Below, piece by piece: positions 19,674 through 29,567 of a stretch of DNA of 44,313 bases. The position numbers were made by a program, and so were the translations under genes. Positions within the stretch are counted from its first letter, which is position 1; each line of letters begins with the position of its first letter. The stretch is from an uncultured delta proteobacterium (GTDB taxonomy: Bacteria > Desulfobacterota > WTBG01), in assembly GCA_963752035.1 (NCBI GenBank), contig CAVVWZ010000027.1, positions 1 to 44,313 of the forward strand, written 5' to 3'. The notes beneath the pieces were generated by a model. That model had not been told where the DNA came from, searched no databases, and saw nothing but the letters and a program-made list of their open reading frames with translations.

Positions 19674-20648
19674 TTAATCGGCGTAGATGTCTGTCATGAG
19701 TTCTTTCAATTCGGGCCAGGAACTTTTGTCAGCAAATTCAACAGCCTTATCCACTGTTTTATTTACCGCGTCCTGAAGTTCCTTCAGATCATCCGGTGAT
19801 ATGACAGCCTTGTCTCTTAACTGCTTGGCAAATTTAATTATGGGATCTCTGTCTTTCCAGATTTTCTCTTCCCGTTTTGTTCGATAGTCATCAGGGTCTG
19901 ACATGGAATGTCCGCGATACCTGTAGGTAACTGCTTCTATGAAAGATGGTCCATCACCATCACGGGCCCGTTCTACAGCCCTGCTGGTTGCTTCCCGCAC
20001 TTCCAGAACGTCCATGCCGTCTACCCGTTCACTGGGGATGCCGTATGCCTTAATCCGCTTGTAAAGTTCTTTGGAAGGAGCAACCCTGTCCAGAGAAGTG
20101 CCAATAGCATAAAAGTTGTTTTCGCAGATAAAGATGATGGGAAGTTTCCAGGCGGCGGCAACATTGAGAGATTCATGGAACGCCCCGGCATTGGTTGCAC
20201 CGTCACCAAAGAAGGTGGCAGCAACAGCAGTATCTTCAGTGTACTGTATTGCCATGGCCACACCGACCGTGATGGGCAATCCCCCTGCAACGATGGCGTA
20301 ACCACCTAAAAATCGAAGCTGGTTGTCGTAAAGGTGCATAGAGCCACCTTTACCCTTGCTTATTCCGGAGGCGCGGCCAAACAGCTCGGCCATAACGACA
20401 GTGGGGTCAGCCCCTTTAGCGATACAGTGCCCATGGTCACGGTAGGAGCTGATGACATAATCGCGCTCATTGAGTGCGGATATAGCTCCCACTGCAACTG
20501 CCTCTTCTCCAATGTAGAGATGGGAAAATCCGGTGATTTTACCCCGAACATACATCTCTGAAGCTTTTTCCTCAAATCGCCGGATGAGAAACATCGTTTT
20601 GTAAAGATCTACCAGCTCATCATTGGAAATAGTAGATGGGTGGGCCAT
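19674..20648 (-). CDS. pdhA: Pyruvate dehydrogenase E1 alpha subunit
   Basis: GFSHLYIGEEA, GKGGSMH, TPP motif GDGA...ENN, YRYRGHSMSDP. Confidence 0.95.
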   Translation of the reverse strand: MAHPSTISNDELVDLYKTMFLIRRFEEKASEMYVRGKITGFSHLYIGEEAVAVGAISALNERDYVISSYRDHGHCIAKGADPTVVMAELFGRASGISKGKGGSMHLYDNQLRFLGGYAIVAGGLPITVGVAMAIQYTEDTAVAATFFGDGATNAGAFHESLNVAAAWKLPIIFICENNFYAIGTSLDRVAPSKELYKRIKAYGIPSERVDGMDVLEVREATSRAVERARDGDGPSFIEAVTYRYRGHSMSDPDDYRTKREEKIWKDRDPIIKFAKQLRDKAVISPDDLKELQDAVNKTVDKAVEFADKSSWPELKELMTDIYAD

Positions 20649-20735
20649 AGGTTTATCCTCTTATCGTACCTGAAGTGCTTACAGATTATGCTGTTAACAG
20701 TTTAAAAAGGCTGAGATATATGAGTTTACCGGCAG

Positions 20736-20839
20736 GTGCTGAGAAAGCCCCGCCTTGTATGCGGGGATGAATCAGCACAAAGTAGAAATAATCAAATTTA
20801 ATTTCCGGGATGCCCCGCGCTGTGCGCGGGGAGCATCAC
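20736..20839 (+). mobile_element. Non-autonomous IS200/IS605-like remnant (two end hairpins, no ORF)
   Basis: GTGCTGA..AAGCCCCGC-CTTGTAT-GCGGGG..TCAGCAC and GATGCCCCGCGC-TGT-GCGCGGGGAGCATCAC, ending in TCAC. Confidence 0.55.
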
Positions 20840-20903
20840 ATTTACCACATGTGGCCATACGTGACACAAAAAACCATGAAACATGTTGCTTGCTATTGCC
20901 CGC

Positions 20904-20952
20904 CACCTCAACCCTCTCCCCTGAGGGGAGAGGGAAGGGTGAGGGGGATTCT
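20904..20952. repeat. CCCTCTCCCC-n3-GGGGAGAGGG palindromic repeat, copy 1
   Basis: Related copies at 32549-32575 and 36510-36565. Confidence 0.8.
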
Positions 20953-20995
20953 TTTTTATAGGACGGTGTTAAAATAAGTTGTTTAACCCTGTTTT

Positions 20996-21281
20996 TCAGC
21001 CTTTGAGTTGTCGCGGCTTGCAAAGAAGGCTTCTGCTTACTGATACCCTACCGCAGGCATCACAGTAGTATTGAGTATCCTCAACTTTGGGTTTGCAGAG
21101 ATGTATACGGATTGGTTGAACCGGTTCCGCAGTATTCACAGGTGTAGGCTTTCTCCACCTTGCCGGGATTACAGAGATGTTTTTTTTGGCTCGTGGTTTT
21201 ACCGCAGGTTCTACAGGAGTAGACTTTTTTGGCTACCGCTTTTTTTGTGCTCTTCTTTTTAGCAGTCTTTTTTGTTGCCAT
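20996..21281 (-). CDS. Small Lys-rich protein with three CxxC...LCxP Zn-finger-like repeats (frameshift ~21105)
   Basis: CRTCG..HLCNP, CEYCG..HLCKP, CDACG..LLCKP after removing one base; GGGAGG RBS. Confidence 0.72.
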
Positions 21282-21358
21282 GATTAAACCTCCCTGTTTG
21301 TGATATTGTATTTACCAGCTGCTCTTTGTTGAACAATAAAATAAGTGGTTATTGCTTG

Positions 21359-24300
21359 TCAAGTTTTGCTTACTCCCGGGCCTTTGAGATAGTTCATAGA
21401 TTTCTGAACGGTAATGTGTACGACCGGGATGACAACTAGCGTAAGGATGGTTGAAAGTAGCATACCACCGATAACCACCATTCCCATGGGGCTCCTGCTT
21501 TCAGAACCTGCACCGGTTGAAAATGCGATAGGGAGCATCCCGAAAATTGTCGATATGGCAGTCATAAGCACGGGTCTGAACCGGAGGCGCGATGCCTGTA
21601 CAACACTTTCTATTATATCATGGCCTTCTTCCCGCAACTGATTGGCAAATTCAACAATCAGAATGCCGTTTTTTGTAGCAAGGCCGACAAGCATGACCAG
21701 GCCAATTTGGCTGTATAAATTGAGACTCATGCCTGTAAGATAGAGTGCACCAAAGGCACCGGTGAGTCCAAGGGGAACGGTTATCAGTATGGTGAGGGGA
21801 TCAGTAAAGCTCTCAAACTGGGCGGCCAATGCCAGAAAAATAACAATCAGAGCCAGGTTAAAGGCAAAAATGAGAGAATATCCCGATTCCTTATATTCAC
21901 GGGATTGTCCCGATACGTCAGTTTGGTAACCTCCCTCTACCGGAAGTGTGTTTGCTGCAATTGCTTCAACCCGTTTAAGGACCTGGCCCAGGGTAACGCC
22001 CGGCAACAGTGAGGCTGTAATGGTAACTGCTCTCCTCCTGTCGTAGTGGTTAAGTTCACGGGGTGCTGTGCGTTCACTGACCGTCACCAGGTTAGAAAGC
22101 TGTATCAGCTCTTCCTGGTCGCCCCGCAAATAGAGGGCCTCAAGCTGGTCAGGAAGGGTCCGGTTGTTTTTCTCAAGTTGCACAATGACCTTGTACTGCT
22201 CACCTGCTTCTTCGAAGGTTGCGAAATCTCTTCCTCCGAGTTGAACCTGGAGTGTAGTGGCGATGTTGCGTACCGAAATACCCAGATCATTTGCCTTATT
22301 GCGGTCGATTTCAACCAAAAGTTCCGGTTTATTTAGTTTGAGGTCACTGTTAAGATTGATAACACCCCGGATTTTTTTTGCCTGGGTCATAATTTCTTCT
22401 GTTACCGAATAGAGGTCATCGTAATCGTTGCCTTTTATAATAAAGGAAATAGGTTGGTCAAGGGAAGTCCTCCCAAGGGATGGTGGATTAACAGGAAAAG
22501 CAAGCACACCTGGCACCGACAAAATGAGGGGGAAAATGTCTTTTACTATCTCCTGTTGCTTGCGTTTGCGTTCTTCCAGGGGTTTTAGGGTGGCAAAGAG
22601 CAAACCTCGGCTTACCACTCCGGGTCCACCGATACCAAGCCCAACAACAGAGATAGTACGTTCTACTTCCGGTTGGGACAACATGATTTGTTCAACCTGT
22701 TTAACATAAGAAAGGGTATAGTCCAGTGTGCTTCCCTCCGGTGCCAGGATAATTGTGAGAATCACTGCCCGGTCCTCAACGGGAAGAAACTCACTGGGAA
22801 GAACCCTGAATAGTCCAAGACCAGCAACTGAGACCACAGCTGCCAGGACAATGACGAGAAAAGTCTTTTTTACTGCTCTAGTGAGCAGTTTTGAGTAGAC
22901 ATTTTCAACCTTGTTAAAGCCGTTTTCAAGGAAATTAAAGAAACGTGAATTACTTGCCTGTTTTTCCCTTCCCAGAACTAGTGAACAGAGCATGGGGGTA
23001 AGGGTGAGGGCAAAGAATGTTGAAAAAGAGACGGCGATGGATAAGGTGATGCCAAACTCACGAAAAAGCCGACCGGTGTTACCGGTTATAAAGGCGAGAG
23101 GGACAAAAACAGCAATGAGAACTACAGTTGTGCTGAGTACCGCAAAGCTTACCCGCTTCATACCCTTGAGGGCAGCTGTCTTGGGATCTTCACCCTCCTC
23201 AATACCCCGGTAAATAGTTTCCAGGACAACAATTGAATCATCAACCACCAACCCGATCGCCAGCGTGAGACCGAGGATAGTGAGGATGTTGATCGAAAAG
23301 TCCAGAAAATACATGGCAGTAAAGGTTGCAATTAAAGATGCGGGTATGGTTATAGTGGGTATAAAGGTGGCTCGAAGGGTTCGTAAGAAGAAGAAAATAA
23401 CCAGTGTAACCAGGATTGCCGAGAGAAAGAGGGCATCCCGGACCTCAATGATAGCGCGTTCGATAAAAATTGTTGAATTATAGCCAATAACTGCTTCCAG
23501 TCCATCGGGTAGACCAGGTCGAATATCTTGCAATTCTTCTCTAACAAGCCGTGCCACTTCGAGTGCATTTGACTTGGACTGTTTAATGATCCCGACACCA
23601 ACACAGGTAGTACCGTTATATCGTATAAGTTTCCGGTCATCCTCGGGTCCGTACTCCACCCGTGCCACTTCAGCAATACGAATAGGCACATTGTTGTTGG
23701 TGCGGATAACCAGATTTGCAATCGCCTCCGGCGTGTTCAACTCACCTTCCATAAATACCGAAAATTCCCGTGAGGCACCTTCAATTCTTCCCGAGGGGAG
23801 GTTGACGCTCTTTTCGGAAAGGGCAGAAGACACATCAGTTACCGTGAGGTGGTAGGCCGCAAGTTTGTAGGTGTCAAGCCAGACACGGATGGACTTTCTT
23901 TTTTCACCGCCAATGATTACGGATCCCACTCCGGAAAGAGTCTGAAGGCGGTCTTTAAAGAATCTATCAGCAATATCGCTAAGTTCCAGCATTGAATAGT
24001 CTTCACCAAAGAGCACGATCCAGATAAAAGGACTGGCATCGGCATCCTGTTTGGCGATTACCGGTTCGTCAATGTCATCGGGAAGCTTGTTGCGCACCCG
24101 AAGCACCCGGTCCCTCACATCCTGTGCTGCAGCATCGATGGTACGTTCAAGCTGAAACTCGATGGTGATGAGACTCACCTGTTCCCGGTTTACCGAGACG
24201 ATAGATTTTAACCCCTCAATCCCGCTCAGCTCATCTTCCAGAACCTGACTGACTTCAACTTCCAATACGCGGGCACTGGCACCGGTGTAAACGGTGGTAA

Positions 24301-24439
24301 TGGATACGACAGGGGCATCTATGTCCGGAGATTCTCTGATAGGAAGCCTAAAAAAGCTTATGGCACCAAAGAGCACCAGGGTCAGACACATGACGGTAGC
24401 AAGAACAGGACGTTTAATCGATATGTCAGATAGTGTCAT
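21359..24439 (-). CDS. RND efflux transporter permease (AcrB/MdtB-like)
   Basis: 1026 aa, SIKRPV, IGLVVDDSIVVLE, KNGILIVEFA, RFRPVLMT. Confidence 0.95.
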   Translation of the reverse strand: MTLSDISIKRPVLATVMCLTLVLFGAISFFRLPIRESPDIDAPVVSITTVYTGASARVLEVEVSQVLEDELSGIEGLKSIVSVNREQVSLITIEFQLERTIDAAAQDVRDRVLRVRNKLPDDIDEPVIAKQDADASPFIWIVLFGEDYSMLELSDIADRFFKDRLQTLSGVGSVIIGGEKRKSIRVWLDTYKLAAYHLTVTDVSSALSEKSVNLPSGRIEGASREFSVFMEGELNTPEAIANLVIRTNNNVPIRIAEVARVEYGPEDDRKLIRYNGTTCVGVGIIKQSKSNALEVARLVREELQDIRPGLPDGLEAVIGYNSTIFIERAIIEVRDALFLSAILVTLVIFFFLRTLRATFIPTITIPASLIATFTAMYFLDFSINILTILGLTLAIGLVVDDSIVVLETIYRGIEEGEDPKTAALKGMKRVSFAVLSTTVVLIAVFVPLAFITGNTGRLFREFGITLSIAVSFSTFFALTLTPMLCSLVLGREKQASNSRFFNFLENGFNKVENVYSKLLTRAVKKTFLVIVLAAVVSVAGLGLFRVLPSEFLPVEDRAVILTIILAPEGSTLDYTLSYVKQVEQIMLSQPEVERTISVVGLGIGGPGVVSRGLLFATLKPLEERKRKQQEIVKDIFPLILSVPGVLAFPVNPPSLGRTSLDQPISFIIKGNDYDDLYSVTEEIMTQAKKIRGVINLNSDLKLNKPELLVEIDRNKANDLGISVRNIATTLQVQLGGRDFATFEEAGEQYKVIVQLEKNNRTLPDQLEALYLRGDQEELIQLSNLVTVSERTAPRELNHYDRRRAVTITASLLPGVTLGQVLKRVEAIAANTLPVEGGYQTDVSGQSREYKESGYSLIFAFNLALIVIFLALAAQFESFTDPLTILITVPLGLTGAFGALYLTGMSLNLYSQIGLVMLVGLATKNGILIVEFANQLREEGHDIIESVVQASRLRFRPVLMTAISTIFGMLPIAFSTGAGSESRSPMGMVVIGGMLLSTILTLVVIPVVHITVQKSMNYLKGPGVSKT

Positions 24440-24553
24440 AGTATAAAAGCCTTTTGTAATTTAGAATACTTTTGAAGGCAACTCGTTAATGCATGAGCAA
24501 TCCATTCAAACCGGTAAAAACTTTTCTGTAAGGAGTCCTTTATTTTTTTGTAT

Positions 24554-25690
24554 CTACTGTATTTCCTGGCGGGAACTTTCGGAGGTATAGGCGGGGGATT
24601 CTTGGCTTGTTGAAATTTCCCCTGCTTCCTGTACGAAAGCACCGGGCCCTATTTTTTGCAGTCCTGCGACAATTACCCGGTCACCAGGATTTAAACCGTC
24701 AAGGTAATTTCAACAGATCCCTCTGCAAAGATTCCCAGTTGTACCGGTCTCATGACTGCCTTGTCCTCTTCTACAATATAGAGAAAATGTTTTTCACCCC
24801 GGGATACCCGTGCCTCAAGGGGCACCGTCAAGGCATTTTCTATTGTTCTCAATGACTATGGTCACGGTACAAAACATACCTGGTTTGAGCAGGTTTTCGG
24901 GGTTTGGTACCTTTGCCTTAATCAGTGCACTTCTGGTATCAGTATTAAGCTTAGGATCAATGAGATACACGGTGCCTTCATAAAGTTGAGGCAGTGGATT
25001 AATGGAAATCCTGACCACTTGGCCCAGTGAGATCCGGCTAATAAAGCGCTGAGAAACATTAAATTCGACTTTTACCAGTGAGAGGTCCTCAAGGTTTACC
25101 ATGGGCTCTCCGATGGTTACGAAGTCACCAATGGATACCATTCGTGAACCTATGGTCCCCGTGAAGGGGGCTTTGATTGTATGTTTGCGAAGCCTGGTGG
25201 CGAGGGTGTTAAGACGGGATTTTGCGTTGAGATACGCCCTGCGCCGTTCATCGAACTCTTCACTGGGAATTACCCCGTCCTTTTTCAGTTTTTTTGCACG
25301 TTCATACTGGCTGGAGGAAAAATCAAAATTTGCCTTAACTTCCTGATATTCCGCTTCAAGAAGTTCCGCATCAAGGGTAAAGAGTGTTACTCCATTTGTA
25401 ACGGTTTTGCCTTCTTCAAAGCCGATGGAATTAATTGTGCCTGCGACCTCAGGTTTAATAGTGACAGACTCGTTGGAAAGAATAGTTCCTACCGCAGAAA
25501 TCTTATTTTCTAAAGTCTGGGGATTAACAACAACAGTTTCAACAGCAATGGATTTTCGGGGTGGCCGGGATCGACGTTTGGGCTTTTTCTTTTTGAGGGT
25601 GTAATAAAAGCCACCTCCCGCAGCCAACAGGACAATTAAAAAGAGAACCAGGACTAACACAACCTTTTGACTACCAGCTGTCTTGTTCAT
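24554..25690 (-). CDS. RND efflux membrane-fusion protein (two frameshifts, ~24850 and ~24700)
   Basis: TM anchor, IKAPFTG, LKPGMF; other frames give ALTVP...GLNPGDRVIVAG ending at TAG 24554. Confidence 0.88.
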
Positions 25691-25748
25691 CGAGCACCTT
25701 CCTTCTGTAAGACTTTTTCTGATTTGAACAGGAGCACTAAATTAGCCA

Positions 25749-26490
25749 TCAGGTGACCTCTGCATGTGCTTGAGAGTCCAAGGGATTTGTTCTGAGGGCC
25801 AGCGAAAAGAGATAGGGATAATCAACCTGTAAATGCTGCATGTAGCTTAACCACTGGGATATGAGTAATATGTATGCACGCTTTATATCTCCGGAGAGGT
25901 GTTGATAGTCAGTTTCAGGCAGGTCCTTCAAATCATTCCTGATTGCCCAACTCCTCCGTCAGGTGAAACACTGCCCAGAGGAGTTCAGAAAATGATTCAT
26001 GTTCAAGCAAATTAGGATTTTCCAGCAATCTCAGCAGGAAATCACGTTTTTCAAAGAGGAAGGATTTAAGAGCATCCAAATCGGATCGTTTAGAGTCAAC
26101 GCCGTAGTCATACCCTTTAAGGTGTTTAAGAGTTTTTGAATAGTCTTTCTTGCTCCATTTGTTCCCCACTATGAGGTCTTTTCTAATAGACTCAGCATGA
26201 GCATCAAAATCATAAAGTGACTTCAGAAGGTGTGTTCCTACTTCACTGAAGAAGGCACCGATAACCATATTCAATTTTTTTAACATGGAACGTTTTTCTC
26301 TCTCGGTGAGCAACCGGTGTATAATTAAGGTTACCATCAAAACCTCAATAGGAACAAAGGCGATATCACCTACCATATAAATAAAAATATGGTGGACATC
26401 CCGAAAAATAACATAGTGAATCAGGTAGAAAAACGCTGAGAGGCCAATAAGAGATAACCCCAGGACCAGCTGCCAGTTTAAACGTTTCAT
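25749..26490 (-). CDS. Conserved hypothetical membrane protein (frameshift ~25945)
   Basis: Two N-terminal TM segments, LLENPNLLEHE; continues in a second frame to YPYLFSLALRTNP. Confidence 0.75.
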
Positions 26491-26532
26491 GTGTAATGGC
26501 TCCTTATTTACAAGTTATTTATACCAGATGGA

Positions 26533-27237
26533 TCAGCCCTGTGCAACCCTTTCCACCCGATTTTTATAGAAATGAATCACTTTTTTTGCTGTTAAGGGCA
26601 GTATGCCAAGGAGTACGAACGATAATATCAAGCTGGGAGATAGAATGTCCGAGAGCGAAGATATCTTTGCCAGTTCTTTTCCCGCGTTAACGTATACGAG
26701 GGTACCCGCGAGCATTCCAATCTGTGATACCCAGTAAAAGGTTCGTAAGGGCATCCTGGTAAGACCCATAACCAGATTAATTGCCCAGAAGGGGAAGATG
26801 GGTATCAAGCGCAGGGTGAACAGGTAAAATGCCCCCTCCCGCTCAACACCTTCATTGACCGTTACAATCTTATCGCCAAGTTTCTTCTGTACCCAGTCCC
26901 GCAGTACAAACCGTGACACAAAACAGGCAAGGGTTGCCCCGATTGTACTTGCAAAGGATACAACAAGTGTTCCTATCCAAAGACCAAAGAGGGCTCCACC
27001 CAGGAGCGTCAGTACCGCAGCTCCCGGGAGTGACAGGGAGGTTATAAGGATGTAGGCTGTCATGTAGGACGCAATTACAATGAGAGGATGTTCAGTTGCG
27101 AGTACCTGAAACTTTTCTTGAGATGCCTTTATGTAAGAGAGGGATACAAAACGGTCAAGGTCCAAAACAATAAAAAGAATGATCATGCTAAAAAGAACCA
27201 GAACGACCACTATCTTTGTAAGGATAGAACGTTTCAT
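26533..27237 (-). CDS. TVP38/TMEM64 (DedA/SNARE-associated) membrane protein
   Basis: SLPGAAVLTLLGGALFG, LRLIPIFPF, SQIGMLAGTLVYVNAG. Confidence 0.9.
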   Translation of the reverse strand: MKRSILTKIVVVLVLFSMIILFIVLDLDRFVSLSYIKASQEKFQVLATEHPLIVIASYMTAYILITSLSLPGAAVLTLLGGALFGLWIGTLVVSFASTIGATLACFVSRFVLRDWVQKKLGDKIVTVNEGVEREGAFYLFTLRLIPIFPFWAINLVMGLTRMPLRTFYWVSQIGMLAGTLVYVNAGKELAKISSLSDILSPSLILSFVLLGILPLTAKKVIHFYKNRVERVAQG

Positions 27238-27248
27238 AATAGGACTCT

Positions 27249-28030
27249 TTAAAGGGTGTTCAAAAATGAAATCAAGTCAGTAACATTCGCCTGGGACAAA
27301 TTTGAGAATGAGGGCATACGTTTATAGGGGTTGCTAAATTGTGATGCAATGTTTTCCGGGGTTGACGGTCTTTTACTGGTTGGAAGGGTTGGATTTTTAA
27401 GAATACCTTGAAGACCGGGGCCAACAACGACTTTGAGCTGTAGGGATCGTGGCAGAAAGCACAGCTTTCCTCGAAAAGTTTTTTACCCCTGTTAATACTC
27501 TCAGCATCTGTTGTCAGTAAGGGGTTTTCAGAAGAAACTTTGTTTCCCGCAGTTTGGGCTGGTTCTTCCATCATAGATTGCATGGCATTAGCAACCGTAT
27601 TGTCTGTGCCAAATTCTGATACCAGCAGGTAGTATATGCCGGAGGTGCCAACCATGCCAAATGTTGTCAGCGCAATTACCAAACCCAGCACGCGGGCCTG
27701 TCCGTAAAATTTTTTATAAACCCTTATGAATGATAGTTTAACGGCCAGAAGGATAACAATGGTGAGTGAAAAAACACTGTGGAATGTTACCCGGGAAGAG
27801 AGCTCCACTTTGGTAGCAATCAAAAAGTCCAGGCAAAGATAGGTAAGGTAGAGAAAAAGGATACTATAGGTTATGCCATTTACCCGGTGTAGTAATTTTA
27901 ATCCTGTAACATTATATTTTATGGTATCCCTGCCAAAGATTTCGAACATGGTAAACATTGCAACAATAGCTGCAGGGATCATAAGAAGTGATAAGATGGA
28001 TTTATAGAGAAAAGGATGACATACATTCAT
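27249..28030 (-). CDS. Membrane-anchored c-type cytochrome, 4 TM plus monohaem domain (frameshift ~27435)
   Basis: His-bearing TMs, CAFCH; shifted frame gives GPGLQGIL...MPSF...LISFLNTL. Confidence 0.8.
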
Positions 28031-28187
28031 CTCCGGAAGGAGAAGGATAATTTTTTAGAATAGTTCATTAGATAGAATAACATTGCCTTTCTAATTTTGT
28101 CAACTATTATACCTGTGCAAAAATGGCAGGTAAGAGAGGGGGGGGTTGTAGTTAGGTTTCCCTGGGCATTGGGCAGGAAAAAGGAAG

Positions 28188-28229
28188 TGAGGCAGGAGTT
28201 TTCTCTTTGAAGTAGTTTCTCCTGCCTCA
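28188..28229 (-). terminator. Hairpin, possible terminator after the P460-like gene
   Basis: TGAGGCAGGAG/CTCCTGCCTCA 11-bp inverted repeat. Confidence 0.45.
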
Positions 28230-28249
28230 TGAAAGAAGAGTTCAATCTA

Positions 28250-28741
28250 TTACTTGGGAGTTGTGAAAAGCCAGTCCTTTTCTTCCTGGGTGCGATGGCA
28301 GTCGATACAGCCCCTGCACTTTACCTGATTTGGCAACTGTGCCATCAGGTGCATACTTGGCCCAGAACCAGTCCCCTGCTTCGGGATTGTACCCCTCAAC
28401 CTTGTACATAGGGGTAATGGCCATTAAAGTCTTTTGATCTTTTCCATAATTTTCCTTTACAATAATGGCACCTTGAGGCATGGGCTTTCCTTCCCGGGCT
28501 GCCTTGAGGGCGAGACCGTTGGCATACAGTTTCAGAAAGGCTCCGTGGGGGCTCTTCCCGGGATAGATTCCCGGATAGCCGGGCCAGGTTCCCCATCCGA
28601 GATAGGGGTTGCATTGGGTTATGTGAGTCCAGACTTTCCCCGGATCGGCAGGAATCCACATCTTCTCCTGCCTCAGAAACTAAGGCTGTGAAACCGAGTA
28701 GAATATACTAAGGTACATACAATGACCAGTTGCTTTTTCAT
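28250..28741 (-). CDS. Cytochrome P460-family protein (frameshifts near both ends)
   Basis: PHGAFLKLYAN, GAIIVKENY, MYKVEGYNPEAGDWFWAKY; corrected C-terminus GCIDCH...DWLF. Confidence 0.78.
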
Positions 28742-28814
28742 CACCGTTCTCCCTTCTTAATTGTGTATAAGAAAATAGTCGGGTTTTGAGAATAAAAACC
28801 TACTAATAAAGTAA

Positions 28815-28842
28815 AGTATAATGACTCCTATTGATTTGTCAA
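28815..28842 (-). promoter_or_regulatory. Candidate sigma70 promoter for the P460-like gene
   Basis: Minus strand TTGACA-16 nt-TATACT. Confidence 0.5.
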
Positions 28843-28876
28843 GCAAGAAAATAAAGGTATACAGTAAAAAAGATCG

Positions 28877-29494
28877 TCAGCCATCTTTGTAGATATTATT
28901 CTGGTAAATGTAGTCCTGTACTGTCTGTGGAACCATCCCCTCGATGGATTGATTGTTGAGTACACGCATCCTGATTTCAGTGGATGAGATAGAGAGGCTG
29001 GGTTCTTCTAAAATGGTAATGAAGGGCAAATAATCATCCGGGATTCTTTCTTCTACTGTTTCCTTTTGGTAGCCGGGTCGTACTGCCGCAATGAAGTGGC
29101 AGAGCCCAGGATAGGTTTTTGCCTTATCCCAGTTAATGATGGTGAGCAGGGCGTCTAAACCCGTAATGAAGTAAATCTGCCACTCCTTGCCATACTGTTT
29201 TTGAAGTGCCTTGATGGTATCTCCGGCGTAACAGGGACAAGTCTGCTCCATCTCAATGCGTGAGGATTCGAAGTAGGGGTTATCTTTGACTGCCAAATCA
29301 ACCATTGCAAAACGGTGTTCAGCAGGACTTATTTCATCGACCGACTTATGGGGTGGACAGTAGGCGGTTACGAAAATGACCTTGAGCAAATCCATTTCTT
29401 TTCGTGCCACCTCAGCTGCCTTCAGGTGACCGAGGTGAATGGGATCAAATGTCCCTCCCATGATAGCAATTTTAAAAGGGTGTTTCTGTGTCAT
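28877..29494 (-). CDS. nadD: Nicotinate-nucleotide adenylyltransferase
   Basis: GGTFDPIHLGH, PPHK, FITGLDA, ISSTEIR. Confidence 0.93.
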   Translation of the reverse strand: MTQKHPFKIAIMGGTFDPIHLGHLKAAEVARKEMDLLKVIFVTAYCPPHKSVDEISPAEHRFAMVDLAVKDNPYFESSRIEMEQTCPCYAGDTIKALQKQYGKEWQIYFITGLDALLTIINWDKAKTYPGLCHFIAAVRPGYQKETVEERIPDDYLPFITILEEPSLSISSTEIRMRVLNNQSIEGMVPQTVQDYIYQNNIYKDG

Positions 29495-29504
29495 GTCCAC
29501 AAAT

Positions 29505-29560
29505 TAGGGGTCAAACCTACACATTTGACACTAGTGTCAAAAGTGTAGGTTTGACCCCTA
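29505..29560. repeat. 56-bp near-perfect palindrome
   Basis: 28-bp arms, one mismatch, no spacer: TAGGGGTCAAACCTACACATTTGACACT|AGTGTCAAAAGTGTAGGTTTGACCCCTA. Confidence 0.95.
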
Positions 29561-29567
29561 TGCTGTT

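Noticed and set aside
24436-24642. 68-aa ORF between the MFP and RND genes
   Set aside because: Off-frame shadow of the frameshifted MFP C-terminus with no recognisable motif.
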